From an uncultured Planctomycetales bacterium (lineage in GTDB: Bacteria > Omnitrophota > Gorgyraeia > Gygaellales > Profunditerraquicolaceae), in NCBI GenBank assembly GCA_964603585.1, contig CAZRVK010000006.1:23650-87649 (forward strand): a DNA stretch of 64,000 nt, written 5' to 3'. The position numbers and the translations under genes were made by a program. This document shows, one piece after another, positions 19,029 through 27,898 of the stretch (the first letter of the stretch is position 1; the number at the start of each line of letters is the position of its first letter). The notes beneath the pieces are model-generated. The model had not been told where the DNA came from. It saw only the letters and a program-made list of their open reading frames with translations, and made no database searches.

Positions 19029-20093
19029 ATGGATGATTTCCGGATCGATTCACAAAAAATAACCCATCATATCGGGGCGTTAAACAAATGGCTTAAAACG
19101 GGAGATGTTTATCCGATTTACGCGGAGATTTCTCCTTCTGGCACCTGCAACCACCGGTGCATATTTTGCGCTTTGGATTACCTGGAGTATAAGCCAAAAT
19201 TCATCGATACTCCGGCGGTAAAAAGATTTATTGCCGATGCCGCCAAGAAAGGTTTGCGCAGTATCATGTTTGCAGGAGAGGGGGAACCTCTTTTACATCC
19301 TGGTTTGATGGAGATGGTATCTTTTGCCCGCACTCATCTCGTGGATACGGCAATTACTACTAACGGGGTGTTGCTGGATAAGAATAACCTGTCGGTCATA
19401 TTGAATGATGCGAGTTGGCTTAGGATAAGTTTAAATGCGGCAACCCCTGAAAGTTATGCCCGTATCCATAGGGCGCGCCCGGAGGATTTCTTGCGAGTTT
19501 TGCATAATCTTCGTCTGGCAGTTTCCATGCGGCGCGCCAAGAATTACCAGTGTACTATCGGGGCCCAGATCCTTTTATTGGGTCAGAATATCCCGGATGC
19601 GGGGATACTGGCAAAGCTATGCCGCCAGATCGGGTTGGATTATCTGATCATCAAGCCTTATTCACAGCATCCGTTCAGTAAGAACCGTTTAAGTAAAACC
19701 GTGGATTACCGCAAACTTTTGATCCTGGAAAAGGAATTAGCGAAATTCAGCACTAAGGATTTTAAAGTGATCTTCAGACGGCATACAATGCAGAAGATAA
19801 TCTCCGGTCGTAATTACAAACAGTGTTATGCGCTTCCCTTTTGGACATATATCAGCGCTAATGCTGATGTCTATGCCTGCAGTGCTTTTTTAGGGGACAA
19901 ACGTTTTTGCCTCGGCAACATTACCCGGGAACGTTTCTTTCGGATATGGAATGGCAGAAGGCGCAAAAAACTCCTTAGGATGATGGCAAACACCTGGGAT
20001 ATAAATAATTGCCGGCAGGTTTGCCGGATGGATGAGATAAACCGTTATTTATGGGAGTTAAAGAACCCTCCCAGGCATGTCAATTTCATTTAA
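19029..20093 (+). CDS. Radical SAM enzyme (paralog 1) with conserved C-terminal WxLKxPPxHxNF motif
   Basis: CNHRCIFC (CxxxCxxC), GEGEP; C-terminal Cys cluster and LWELKNPPRHVNFI tail shared with 23403..24479. Confidence 0.7.
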   Translation: MDDFRIDSQKITHHIGALNKWLKTGDVYPIYAEISPSGTCNHRCIFCALDYLEYKPKFIDTPAVKRFIADAAKKGLRSIMFAGEGEPLLHPGLMEMVSFARTHLVDTAITTNGVLLDKNNLSVILNDASWLRISLNAATPESYARIHRARPEDFLRVLHNLRLAVSMRRAKNYQCTIGAQILLLGQNIPDAGILAKLCRQIGLDYLIIKPYSQHPFSKNRLSKTVDYRKLLILEKELAKFSTKDFKVIFRRHTMQKIISGRNYKQCYALPFWTYISANADVYACSAFLGDKRFCLGNITRERFFRIWNGRRRKKLLRMMANTWDINNCRQVCRMDEINRYLWELKNPPRHVNFI

Positions 20094-20862
20094 TAAAATG
20101 GCTGAAAAGAAATTTTTTCTGGCAGTAATCATGCCGGCGCTCAATGAAGAAAAAAACATCCGCCTGGCGGTGGGCAATGTTTTAAAGGCTTTTGACGATT
20201 TTCATATCGAAGGCGAAATCATTGTGGTAAATGATGGTTCAAAAGATAAAACCGGGGAGGTCGTCGAGTCGATGATGGCGGAGGAGCCAAGGATAAAAAT
20301 GATTAGGCATGAAAGGCCTTTGGGGATCGGGGCTTCTTTCTGGGATGGGGTGGATAATACCCAGGCGGATATCGTTGTAACTTTACCGGGGGATAATGAA
20401 AATGACCCCTGGGAGATATTCCGTTACTATCCTTTGCTTGAGCATGTGGATATCGTGATCCCCTTTATTTTCAATAAGGAGGCGCGTTCTTTGTTCAGGA
20501 ACGGCGTTTCTTATCTTTACCGGTTTATTATCAATACTACGTTTTTAGTCAATTTCAATTATACCAATGGCACGATCCTTTTCCGCCGCTTACTGCTAAA
20601 AGAACTGGGCCATCGCAGTCTAAGTTTTTTCTTCCAGACCGATATTTTGATCCGAACGGTAAAAAAAGGGTATTTGTTTGCCGAAGTGCCTTATCGGCTG
20701 GGGATTAGAAAAGACGGGGTTTCCAAGGCATTGTCTTTTCCGTCTTTTTTGCAAGTAGTAAAAGGGTATGTGCGCCTGGTAAAAGATTATTATTTTCAGA
20801 AAAATAACGGTTCTTCGACTATTTTTAGCAGTGGTTCGCAAACTGCATTACGCAGGGGTTAG
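20077..20862 (+). CDS. GT2 polyprenyl-phosphate sugar transferase (Dpm1-like)
   Basis: VIMPALNEE...VVNDGSKDKT GT-A motifs. Confidence 0.7.
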   Translation: MSISFNKMAEKKFFLAVIMPALNEEKNIRLAVGNVLKAFDDFHIEGEIIVVNDGSKDKTGEVVESMMAEEPRIKMIRHERPLGIGASFWDGVDNTQADIVVTLPGDNENDPWEIFRYYPLLEHVDIVIPFIFNKEARSLFRNGVSYLYRFIINTTFLVNFNYTNGTILFRRLLLKELGHRSLSFFFQTDILIRTVKKGYLFAEVPYRLGIRKDGVSKALSFPSFLQVVKGYVRLVKDYYFQKNNGSSTIFSSGSQTALRRG

Positions 20863-20866
20863 CAGT

Positions 20867-21694
20867 ATGTTTAGACGAAAAAAAGATGAACTTGAGAAAT
20901 ATGCCAGCCAGGCCAGAAGATTGATTATTGAAGTGGCTTGTAAGTCAAGAACTGCGCATGTGGGTTCGGCTCTGTCCTGTGTCGATATTTTAACCGCGCT
21001 TTATTTTCATGTATTGGATATAAATCCCCGCGCCTGGAAAAAAAGGGATATTTTGGTCTTAAGTAAAGGGCATGCTGCACTGGCATTGTATTCGATCCTG
21101 ACGGTTAAAGGGTTAATGAAGAAGGATGCCCTTTTGGGTTATTTGCAGGATAAGGGCAGTTTGCCGGCACATTTGGACAAGGTTACGAATAAATGGATCG
21201 AGGTATCCTGCGGTTCATTAGGTCATGGGTTCAATATGGCTTTAGGCCTGGCATATGGTTACAAGCTCAAAGGTATTAAACGCCGGGTAGTCGCTGTTAT
21301 TGGCGATGGAGAAACGCAAGAAGGGTCGGTTTGGGAAGGCGCATTGTTTGCCAGCCATCTTGGCATAGATAATTTTACCGCAGTGATCGATTATAATAAT
21401 TTACAGGGTTATGGCCGTCCGAGGGAGATCTGCCATTATGAGCCGGTAGCCGGTAAATGGAGGGCTTTTGGCTGGGAGGTAGATAAGGTCAATGGGCATG
21501 ATCATTATGCCCTGATTTCGGCCTTGGAGAAAAAACGTATTCAAGGCAAGCCAAGGGTGATTATTGCCGATACCACGAAAGGCAAGGGGGTGGATTTTAT
21601 GGAGGATCAGCTTAAATGGCATTATTTCATTGTTACCGATGAGCTGAAAGAAAAGGCGATGCAGCAATTATGCGCACCCCGGGGGATACGGTGA
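20867..21694 (+). CDS. Transketolase N-terminal (TPP-binding) subunit
   Basis: HVGSALSCVDILTALYF, GH, GSLGHG, VIGDGE motifs of split transketolase N-section; ATG 20867 just after upstream stop with AGGGG RBS. Confidence 0.8.
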   Translation: MFRRKKDELEKYASQARRLIIEVACKSRTAHVGSALSCVDILTALYFHVLDINPRAWKKRDILVLSKGHAALALYSILTVKGLMKKDALLGYLQDKGSLPAHLDKVTNKWIEVSCGSLGHGFNMALGLAYGYKLKGIKRRVVAVIGDGETQEGSVWEGALFASHLGIDNFTAVIDYNNLQGYGRPREICHYEPVAGKWRAFGWEVDKVNGHDHYALISALEKKRIQGKPRVIIADTTKGKGVDFMEDQLKWHYFIVTDELKEKAMQQLCAPRGIR

Positions 21695-22593
21695 GAAACA
21701 GTTTAGTCGATAAAATATACCAGCATGCCTGTAAAAACAGGAAAATATTCCTGATTACCGGAGATGCGGGGTTCGGGGTGCTGGATGAATTTAAAAAACG
21801 GTTTGGCCGGCGTTTCTTGAACCTGGGGATCGCTGAACAGAATATGATCGGGTTTGCCTCCGGGCTTTCCCTTGCAGGATACAAGGTTTTTGTTTATAAT
21901 ATTGTCCCGTTTGTTTTATACCGTTGTTTTGAACAGGTAAGAAACGATATTTGTTATCAGGATCTGCCGGTCACCTTGGTGGGTATTGGCAGCGGTGTTT
22001 CCTATGCCCCGGGCGGGGTAACGCATTATTCGGTTGAGGATGTTTCCCTGGCAAGGGCCTTGCCTAACCTTGTTATACTTTCTCCGGCTGATCCACAGGA
22101 GGCGCAGGCCTGTGTGGAATATGCGCTGAAAAGTAAATCACCTGTGTATATCCGTATCGCGAAAAATGGTGAACCAGCGATACATAAAAAAAAGATAAAA
22201 AGTGTCATTGAGCCGATTGTGGTAGGCGGCGGAGAACGAGTTGCGGTTTTATTCCATGGTTCTGTATCCTCTGATGTGATGCGTGCTGTGTCAGGCCTGG
22301 CGAGAAAACCGAGAGTGATTTCAGTCCCCATGCTCCAGCCTTTGAACTTTGCTGCGCTTAAGGCCTCCTTAAAAGGGATAGGTACCATTATTACGGTAGA
22401 GGAACATTTCTTGGAAGGTGGACTGGGAAGTATTATCGCGGAATGGATAGTCAGGGACAGGCTTAATTTTCGCCTAAAGAAACTGGGGATAAAGAATGAG
22501 TTTATCCATGCCATTCGCGATAATCCCGGGATGAGGCAGTTGTATGGAATTTCCAGCAGGCAGATTGCGGCAGTAATACGCGGGTCATTTTAA
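21670..22593 (+). CDS. Transketolase C-terminal (pyrimidine-binding) subunit
   Basis: FLNLGIAEQNMIGFASGLSLAG, DICYQDLPVTLVG motifs; overlaps N-subunit by ~25 nt. Confidence 0.75.
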   Translation: MRTPGDTVRNSLVDKIYQHACKNRKIFLITGDAGFGVLDEFKKRFGRRFLNLGIAEQNMIGFASGLSLAGYKVFVYNIVPFVLYRCFEQVRNDICYQDLPVTLVGIGSGVSYAPGGVTHYSVEDVSLARALPNLVILSPADPQEAQACVEYALKSKSPVYIRIAKNGEPAIHKKKIKSVIEPIVVGGGERVAVLFHGSVSSDVMRAVSGLARKPRVISVPMLQPLNFAALKASLKGIGTIITVEEHFLEGGLGSIIAEWIVRDRLNFRLKKLGIKNEFIHAIRDNPGMRQLYGISSRQIAAVIRGSF

Positions 22594-22613
22594 TAGGTAA
22601 AAAAGGGGTGAAA

Positions 22614-23384
22614 ATGTCAGATATCTCATTGCGCCATGAAAATGAAAAGTTGCAGAAAGAAGCGTTGGAGGCATTATTTCAAAGCAGTGGTATGAGCGAT
22701 TTTGAACGGTTCAGGAATTTTACGGTTTTTACCCCTCGGTATAATCTGGCGCGGTTTCTGCTGCATTATGAACTGTTTAAAAAGGTCTATGAGCTTCCGG
22801 GTGTGATCGTGGATTTAGGAGTATATCAGGGGGCATCGACGTTTACCTGGGCAAAACTTTGCGAGATCTTTTGCCCTACGGATGTGCGCAAAGTGGTTTA
22901 TGCCTTTGATACGTTTGCAGGTTTTCCCTCTTTAGCCAAGGAGGATGGCGGGCAGAGTAAGAAGGATGACCGTGTTGTTGGAGGATTTTATACGGGTGAA
23001 GCTATTGAGCGGGATCTGAAGCTGGCCCAGGAAGCGATGCGCCCGGATAAGCATATCCGGCATATCAACCGTATAGAATTTATAAAAGGTGATGCCATAA
23101 AAACCATACCTGCATTTGTCAAAGAAAAAGGCGCAGGGTTAAAGGTTGCTTTATTAAATATAGATTTCGATCTTTACGAGCCGACGAAGGTTGCTTTGGA
23201 AAACTTTGTACCTTTGATGGTACGAGGTGGGATAATTATTCTTGATGAATATGCACTGGAAACATTTGGCGGAGAGACCAAGGCTATAGACGAATATTTT
23301 AAAAAGGCGTTCGGCCAGGTGCCTAAAATCAAGAAATTCGGCTGGCACAGTGTTCCTTCGGGATATATTGAGGTTGATTGGTAA
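22614..23384 (+). CDS. TylF/MycF-family class I SAM-dependent (sugar) O-methyltransferase
   Basis: VDLGVYQGAST nucleotide-binding motif, DTFAGFP, NIDFDLYEPT typical of macrocin-O-methyltransferase family. Confidence 0.6.
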   Translation: MSDISLRHENEKLQKEALEALFQSSGMSDFERFRNFTVFTPRYNLARFLLHYELFKKVYELPGVIVDLGVYQGASTFTWAKLCEIFCPTDVRKVVYAFDTFAGFPSLAKEDGGQSKKDDRVVGGFYTGEAIERDLKLAQEAMRPDKHIRHINRIEFIKGDAIKTIPAFVKEKGAGLKVALLNIDFDLYEPTKVALENFVPLMVRGGIIILDEYALETFGGETKAIDEYFKKAFGQVPKIKKFGWHSVPSGYIEVDW

Positions 23385-23402
23385 GAAGAAAGGGCAGTAT
23401 TC

Positions 23403-24479
23403 ATGGATAAATATATGATGGAAGGCCATAAGCTTTTTTGGCATTTAGATCGGCTCCGGGCTTGGCAGAAGGAAGAGAAAATAGTTCCTTTGCATATGGA
23501 TATCGGCATATCTAAAGGATGCACTATCGGGTGTGTTTATTGTTACGGCGTTTTTCAGGGCAGGATCGGCCCGCAAGGCAAATTCATCCCTAAAGATGCG
23601 CTTTTACGGTTCATGAATGATGCGGCAGATTTAGGAGTCAAGGCGATCTCTATAACCGGAGAAGCCGAACCGACCATGAACCCCCACCTTTATGATGCGG
23701 TGGTAGTAGGCGCTAAAGCAGGTCTTGATTTAGGTTTAGCTACCTGGGGAGGTATGATCCAAGAAGACAGGATCACCGATCTGGCAAATAATCTGACCTG
23801 GATCAGGTTTAATATTAGTGCCGCTGCACCCGACAGCTACCAGAAGATCCACCGCACGACTAAAGAAAATTTCCATAAGGTCATCTCTAATATTGAGAAG
23901 TTAGTGCGTATTAAACGGCAAAATGATTTGAACATTACCATCGGCCTGCAAATGGTGACTATGCCATGGTATGCCGCGGAGTCCTTAAAGCTGGCAAAGT
24001 TAGGTAAAGATCTCGGGGTGGATTATCTGGAGATCAAACATTGTAGTGAGACTACTTCCGGGGACCTGGGGGTAAGGTTTGAAGAGTATCATAAGGTCGC
24101 GGATATCCTGAAAGAGGCAGAGAAGTATTCCGGCGGGCAATATGATGTGATCGTCAGGTGGAAGAAAATATTGCAAGGCAAGAAACGTAATTATGACCGT
24201 TGTTATTGTGCCGGTAATTTTATGCTTCGGATGTCAGGGGATGGTTCGGTTTATCCTTGTGCCCAGTTCTTTGACCTAAGAAGCGATGAATTTAAGGTCG
24301 GCAATATTACTGAACAGTCATTTAAGGATATTTTATATGGAGCGCGTTATTCGGAAGTCTTAAAACGGATACAACAGCTGGATGTGCATAATGAATGCTG
24401 CAGCGGATGCAAGGAGGATTCGATCAATGAATTCCTTTGGACGCTTAAACATCCTCCGCAACATTTGAATTTTGTTTAA
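23403..24479 (+). CDS. Radical SAM enzyme (paralog 2) with conserved C-terminal WxLKxPPxHxNF motif
   Basis: CTIGCVYC (CxxxCxxC), GEAEP; C-terminal Cys cluster and LWTLKHPPQHLNFV tail. Confidence 0.7.
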   Translation: MDKYMMEGHKLFWHLDRLRAWQKEEKIVPLHMDIGISKGCTIGCVYCYGVFQGRIGPQGKFIPKDALLRFMNDAADLGVKAISITGEAEPTMNPHLYDAVVVGAKAGLDLGLATWGGMIQEDRITDLANNLTWIRFNISAAAPDSYQKIHRTTKENFHKVISNIEKLVRIKRQNDLNITIGLQMVTMPWYAAESLKLAKLGKDLGVDYLEIKHCSETTSGDLGVRFEEYHKVADILKEAEKYSGGQYDVIVRWKKILQGKKRNYDRCYCAGNFMLRMSGDGSVYPCAQFFDLRSDEFKVGNITEQSFKDILYGARYSEVLKRIQQLDVHNECCSGCKEDSINEFLWTLKHPPQHLNFV

Positions 24480-24485
24480 AATCCA

Positions 24486-24983
24486 ATGAAAATATTATTT
24501 GCCGGGTCTTGTTTATTCATTCTTAGTTGTTTGATACATGTTATAATCTGGAAAATACGCCTGCCAAAAGGGCAGACTAAGACCTTAGCAAAGATATTTG
24601 CCCTGGTTTTGACCGCAGGGATAATATTTTTCGCCGTAGATACTGGCCGCGGTTTCAGTTGGCTGGATATTGTGCATATTTCTATATTCTATGCCGTGCT
24701 TGCTTTGGTGTACTTGAATACCTATTCGGCTATTGAAGTGGACAGTCCGACATTAGTAATTGTTTCGCTTATCCATAATGCGCAAAAAAAAGGTTTGTTA
24801 AAAATAGAATTGGAGAATGCCTTAAGTGATGATGTCTTGATCGCTCCGCGCGTAAAAGACCTGGAGGATGCCAGGCTTGTATCTTTTGATGGCGTTAGAT
24901 ATAAGCTTACTCCGACCGGGTTAAGGTTTGTGAGTATTTTTATCTTTTGGCGGAAATTATTGAATGCCGGATTAGGGGGGTAA
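24486..24983 (+). CDS. Membrane protein with C-terminal soluble domain (paralog A)
   Basis: 3 predicted TM helices then DGVRYKLTPTGLRFVSIFIFWRKLL; similar to next ORF. Confidence 0.4.
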   Translation: MKILFAGSCLFILSCLIHVIIWKIRLPKGQTKTLAKIFALVLTAGIIFFAVDTGRGFSWLDIVHISIFYAVLALVYLNTYSAIEVDSPTLVIVSLIHNAQKKGLLKIELENALSDDVLIAPRVKDLEDARLVSFDGVRYKLTPTGLRFVSIFIFWRKLLNAGLGG

Positions 24984-24989
24984 TTTCAT

Positions 24990-25514
24990 TTGAAACCGGA
25001 ATATTCCCAGGTCTTAGTCCCGTTTATTGGGTTGTTCTTTAATATATTCACGCAATTAGCATCATTGCGTTTATTCCCCTGGATAGGCCTGTTAAAGTCA
25101 GAATTTTGCGGCTTTATCCTGGGGATGCTGGTGTTTTTATCCATCCAATCGGCATTTATCTTCTGCAGGCGATCTTGTATAGATAGCCCTTTAGGGATTT
25201 TTATCGTGAACTCGATCATCTATTTATCCCTGGCGTACATGTATTTTAATTTTATAAATCTCGGGGAAACTGCACGCCGGATACGCCTGTTGAGTGAGTT
25301 ATACAATTGCCGTGTCGGTTTGACTTATCCGGAGATTATCCAGCGTTATAATGCAAAAGAAGTTTTAAACCGCAGGGTTTTGCGTTTGTTGAATAATGGA
25401 CAGATAGTGTATAGGGATGGCAGGTATTTTACCGCCAATCCTTCTGTTTTAATCATTTCTCAAGGTATATTTTGGATGAAGCAGTTTTTGTTAGGCAGAA
25501 AGCTTTCAAGGTGA
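24990..25514 (+). CDS. Membrane protein with C-terminal soluble domain (paralog B)
   Basis: TTG start; TM helices then DGRYFTANPSVLIISQGIFWMKQFLL matching previous ORF. Confidence 0.35.
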   Translation: MKPEYSQVLVPFIGLFFNIFTQLASLRLFPWIGLLKSEFCGFILGMLVFLSIQSAFIFCRRSCIDSPLGIFIVNSIIYLSLAYMYFNFINLGETARRIRLLSELYNCRVGLTYPEIIQRYNAKEVLNRRVLRLLNNGQIVYRDGRYFTANPSVLIISQGIFWMKQFLLGRKLSR

Positions 25515-25518
25515 AGTC

Positions 25519-26205
25519 ATGTCAGCCGAAAACATAGTTTTAGCGGTTAAATGTGCCCCGGAAGAAAGGCTGTTGTCTTATGCCACGCGTGCGGGGATTC
25601 CGGCGGTTGAGTTGTACCTTTGCGGCGAGACTCTTAATCAAGCTGATGAGGTAGCCGCCTTATGTAAGGATTTTCATTTTCGCTATAGTATGCATGCCCC
25701 AAACGATGCTTATGAGCCAAAGAAACTTTCTTTTTTAGCCGGGGCAATTTCTGCCGAGGTGGTAGTGGCGCATAATATCTTCTGGGAAGATGAATGGAAA
25801 GAGATGATCTCCTGTTTTAAGGGGATCCCGGTAAAGCTTTGTGTAGAGAATATTACAACCGCGCACGAACCTTTGAAATTCATGCGCCGTTATGGCCTGG
25901 GATGCTGCCTGGACCTGGAGCATTTGCAGCTTGAGTGCGCCGGAGTTTATGAGGATGAATTCCTGCGTTTAATGAAAATCGCCTCATATGTTCATATGAC
26001 GGGTTATAAATACCCCTCGGAACTTTGGCATACCCATATACATCATTTACCCCGGCATAATGTTTATCTTCTTGACCTTTTATTGAAGGCAGGGTATTCC
26101 GGGTTTCTGGTGAGTGAAGCGAAAGTGGAAATGCAAAGTTATGATGAATTTAGCAAATTGCATGCTTTCTTTGAGTCATGGAAAGCCAAACATAAGGAAG
26201 GATAA
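25519..26205 (+). CDS. Xylose-isomerase-like TIM-barrel protein (sugar phosphate isomerase/epimerase family)
   Basis: Conserved His/Glu/Asp pattern (HAP, VENI, LDLEH, HMTG) of AP-endonuclease-2/xylose isomerase-like fold; weak. Confidence 0.4.
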   Translation: MSAENIVLAVKCAPEERLLSYATRAGIPAVELYLCGETLNQADEVAALCKDFHFRYSMHAPNDAYEPKKLSFLAGAISAEVVVAHNIFWEDEWKEMISCFKGIPVKLCVENITTAHEPLKFMRRYGLGCCLDLEHLQLECAGVYEDEFLRLMKIASYVHMTGYKYPSELWHTHIHHLPRHNVYLLDLLLKAGYSGFLVSEAKVEMQSYDEFSKLHAFFESWKAKHKEG

Positions 26206-26207
26206 GA

Positions 26208-27056
26208 TTGAAACCTATTAATATCCCGGATACTTATAATTATATCGGAGTTTTTATCACCTTTGCCTGTAATTTGAGGTGCAGTTATTGTATTAATAAT
26301 TTTGAAGGCAATTTGGAAAACCGCAAGATGATCTCCGGTGAAGATTGGGCCAGGTTTTTAAACCGGATTAATTCGCGGGATGATCTGCCGGTTACCTTGC
26401 AGGGCGGAGAACCGAGCTTGCATAAGGATTTTATTTATATTATCAATAATATCAAGCCCGATCTGCACATAGATATCCTGACAAACCTTAGTTTTGACAT
26501 TGATGAATTCATGAGGCAGGTTGACCCCAAGAGGCTTGTGCGCAATTCCCCTTATGCCTGTATCCGCGTGAGTTATCATCCGGAAACCATGGATTTAAAG
26601 CAGACTATGGAGAAGGTTTTGGTCATGATGGATAAGGGTTTTAGTATCGGGATTTGGAGTGTCATGTATCCGGATTACCGTGAGCGTATTTTTGAAGCGC
26701 AGGATATCTGCCGGCAAAAGGGGATAGATTTCCGGCTGAAGGAATTTTTAGGGGAATATAACGGTAAACTGTATGGCACATATAAATATAAGGATGCCTG
26801 CAGTAAGAAAACGGCCAAAACCGTGTCCTGTAAGGCAAGCGAGCTGCTGATTGACCCTGCGGGAACGGTTTTTCGTTGTCATCATGATGTCTATAGCAAT
26901 AAAAGCCCGATCGGCAGCCTTAGTGACGGTGATTTTCAGATCGAAGATGAGTATCGAGATTGCCAGTATTATGGTTTTTGTAATCCCTGTGATATTAAGG
27001 TTAAGACCAATCGGCTGCAGGAATATGGGCATACTTCGGTAGATATAAAGTTTTAG
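26208..27056 (+). CDS. Radical SAM enzyme with C-terminal Cys-rich auxiliary-cluster region
   Basis: TTG start with AAGGAAGGA RBS; CNLRCSYC, QGGEP; C-terminal C...CHHD...CQYYGFCNPC. Confidence 0.6.
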   Translation: MKPINIPDTYNYIGVFITFACNLRCSYCINNFEGNLENRKMISGEDWARFLNRINSRDDLPVTLQGGEPSLHKDFIYIINNIKPDLHIDILTNLSFDIDEFMRQVDPKRLVRNSPYACIRVSYHPETMDLKQTMEKVLVMMDKGFSIGIWSVMYPDYRERIFEAQDICRQKGIDFRLKEFLGEYNGKLYGTYKYKDACSKKTAKTVSCKASELLIDPAGTVFRCHHDVYSNKSPIGSLSDGDFQIEDEYRDCQYYGFCNPCDIKVKTNRLQEYGHTSVDIKF

Positions 27057-27099
27057 CTGCAGAGGTGAACTAACTGGTTCAGGCTCAAGGGGGGAAAAG

Positions 27100-27885
27100 A
27101 TGAAGACAGATATATTTTATTTTTCCGGTACGGGTAATTCCTTAAAAGTAGCCAGGGATATTCTGCAGCAGGTAAAAGATGGACAGGTTATAGCTATCCC
27201 TAAAGTGATATCTCAAGATTCGATAACTACGAATGCCGATAGGGTAGGGATCGTTTTTCCGGTATATATGTTTGGGGCACCTTTGATTGTAGTGGATTTT
27301 CTTAGGAAACTTAAACTTAACCAGGGGCAGTATATTTTTGCCGTAGTAACCTATGGAGGTTTGGCTGGAGGCACGTTGCAGCAGATTGAGCGCGAGCTTG
27401 CCAGGAAGGGGTTAAAACTGTCAGCCGGATTTGGCATAGCCATGCCAGGCAATTATACCCCGCTTTATGGCGCTAAACCATTAGCGGTGCAAAACAAGAT
27501 GTTTGAAAGAGAATATTCAAAGGTTAAGGCTATTTCCGATATTATCGAGGCCGGAAGGCCGTATCCTGTAGAAAAAGGGAATTTTCTTATAAACCTGATA
27601 TTTTCCGGATTATTGTATAACAGTTGTTCATCATCGATACCAAAGATGGACAGATCATTTTGGGTAGAAAATACCTGTACCGGCTGTCAGGTATGCGTAA
27701 AAGTCTGCCCGGTGGGAAATATTAAGCTTGCAGACGCAAAACCTGTCTGGCTGGGCAGGTGCCAGCAATGCCTGGCTTGTCTGCACTGGTGTCCCGAGGA
27801 AGCAATTCAGTTCGGCAGGAAAACGATTGGACGAAAACGTTACCGGATGCCGCAAATACAATTAAATGATCTTTTAAAAGATTGA
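27100..27885 (+). CDS. Flavodoxin-like domain fused to 2x[4Fe-4S] ferredoxin domain
   Basis: N-terminal FYFSGTGNS flavodoxin motif; C-terminal CTGCQVCVKVCP and CQQCLACLHWCP. Confidence 0.65.
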   Translation: MKTDIFYFSGTGNSLKVARDILQQVKDGQVIAIPKVISQDSITTNADRVGIVFPVYMFGAPLIVVDFLRKLKLNQGQYIFAVVTYGGLAGGTLQQIERELARKGLKLSAGFGIAMPGNYTPLYGAKPLAVQNKMFEREYSKVKAISDIIEAGRPYPVEKGNFLINLIFSGLLYNSCSSSIPKMDRSFWVENTCTGCQVCVKVCPVGNIKLADAKPVWLGRCQQCLACLHWCPEEAIQFGRKTIGRKRYRMPQIQLNDLLKD

Positions 27886-27898
27886 AAGAAAGCCGCTC

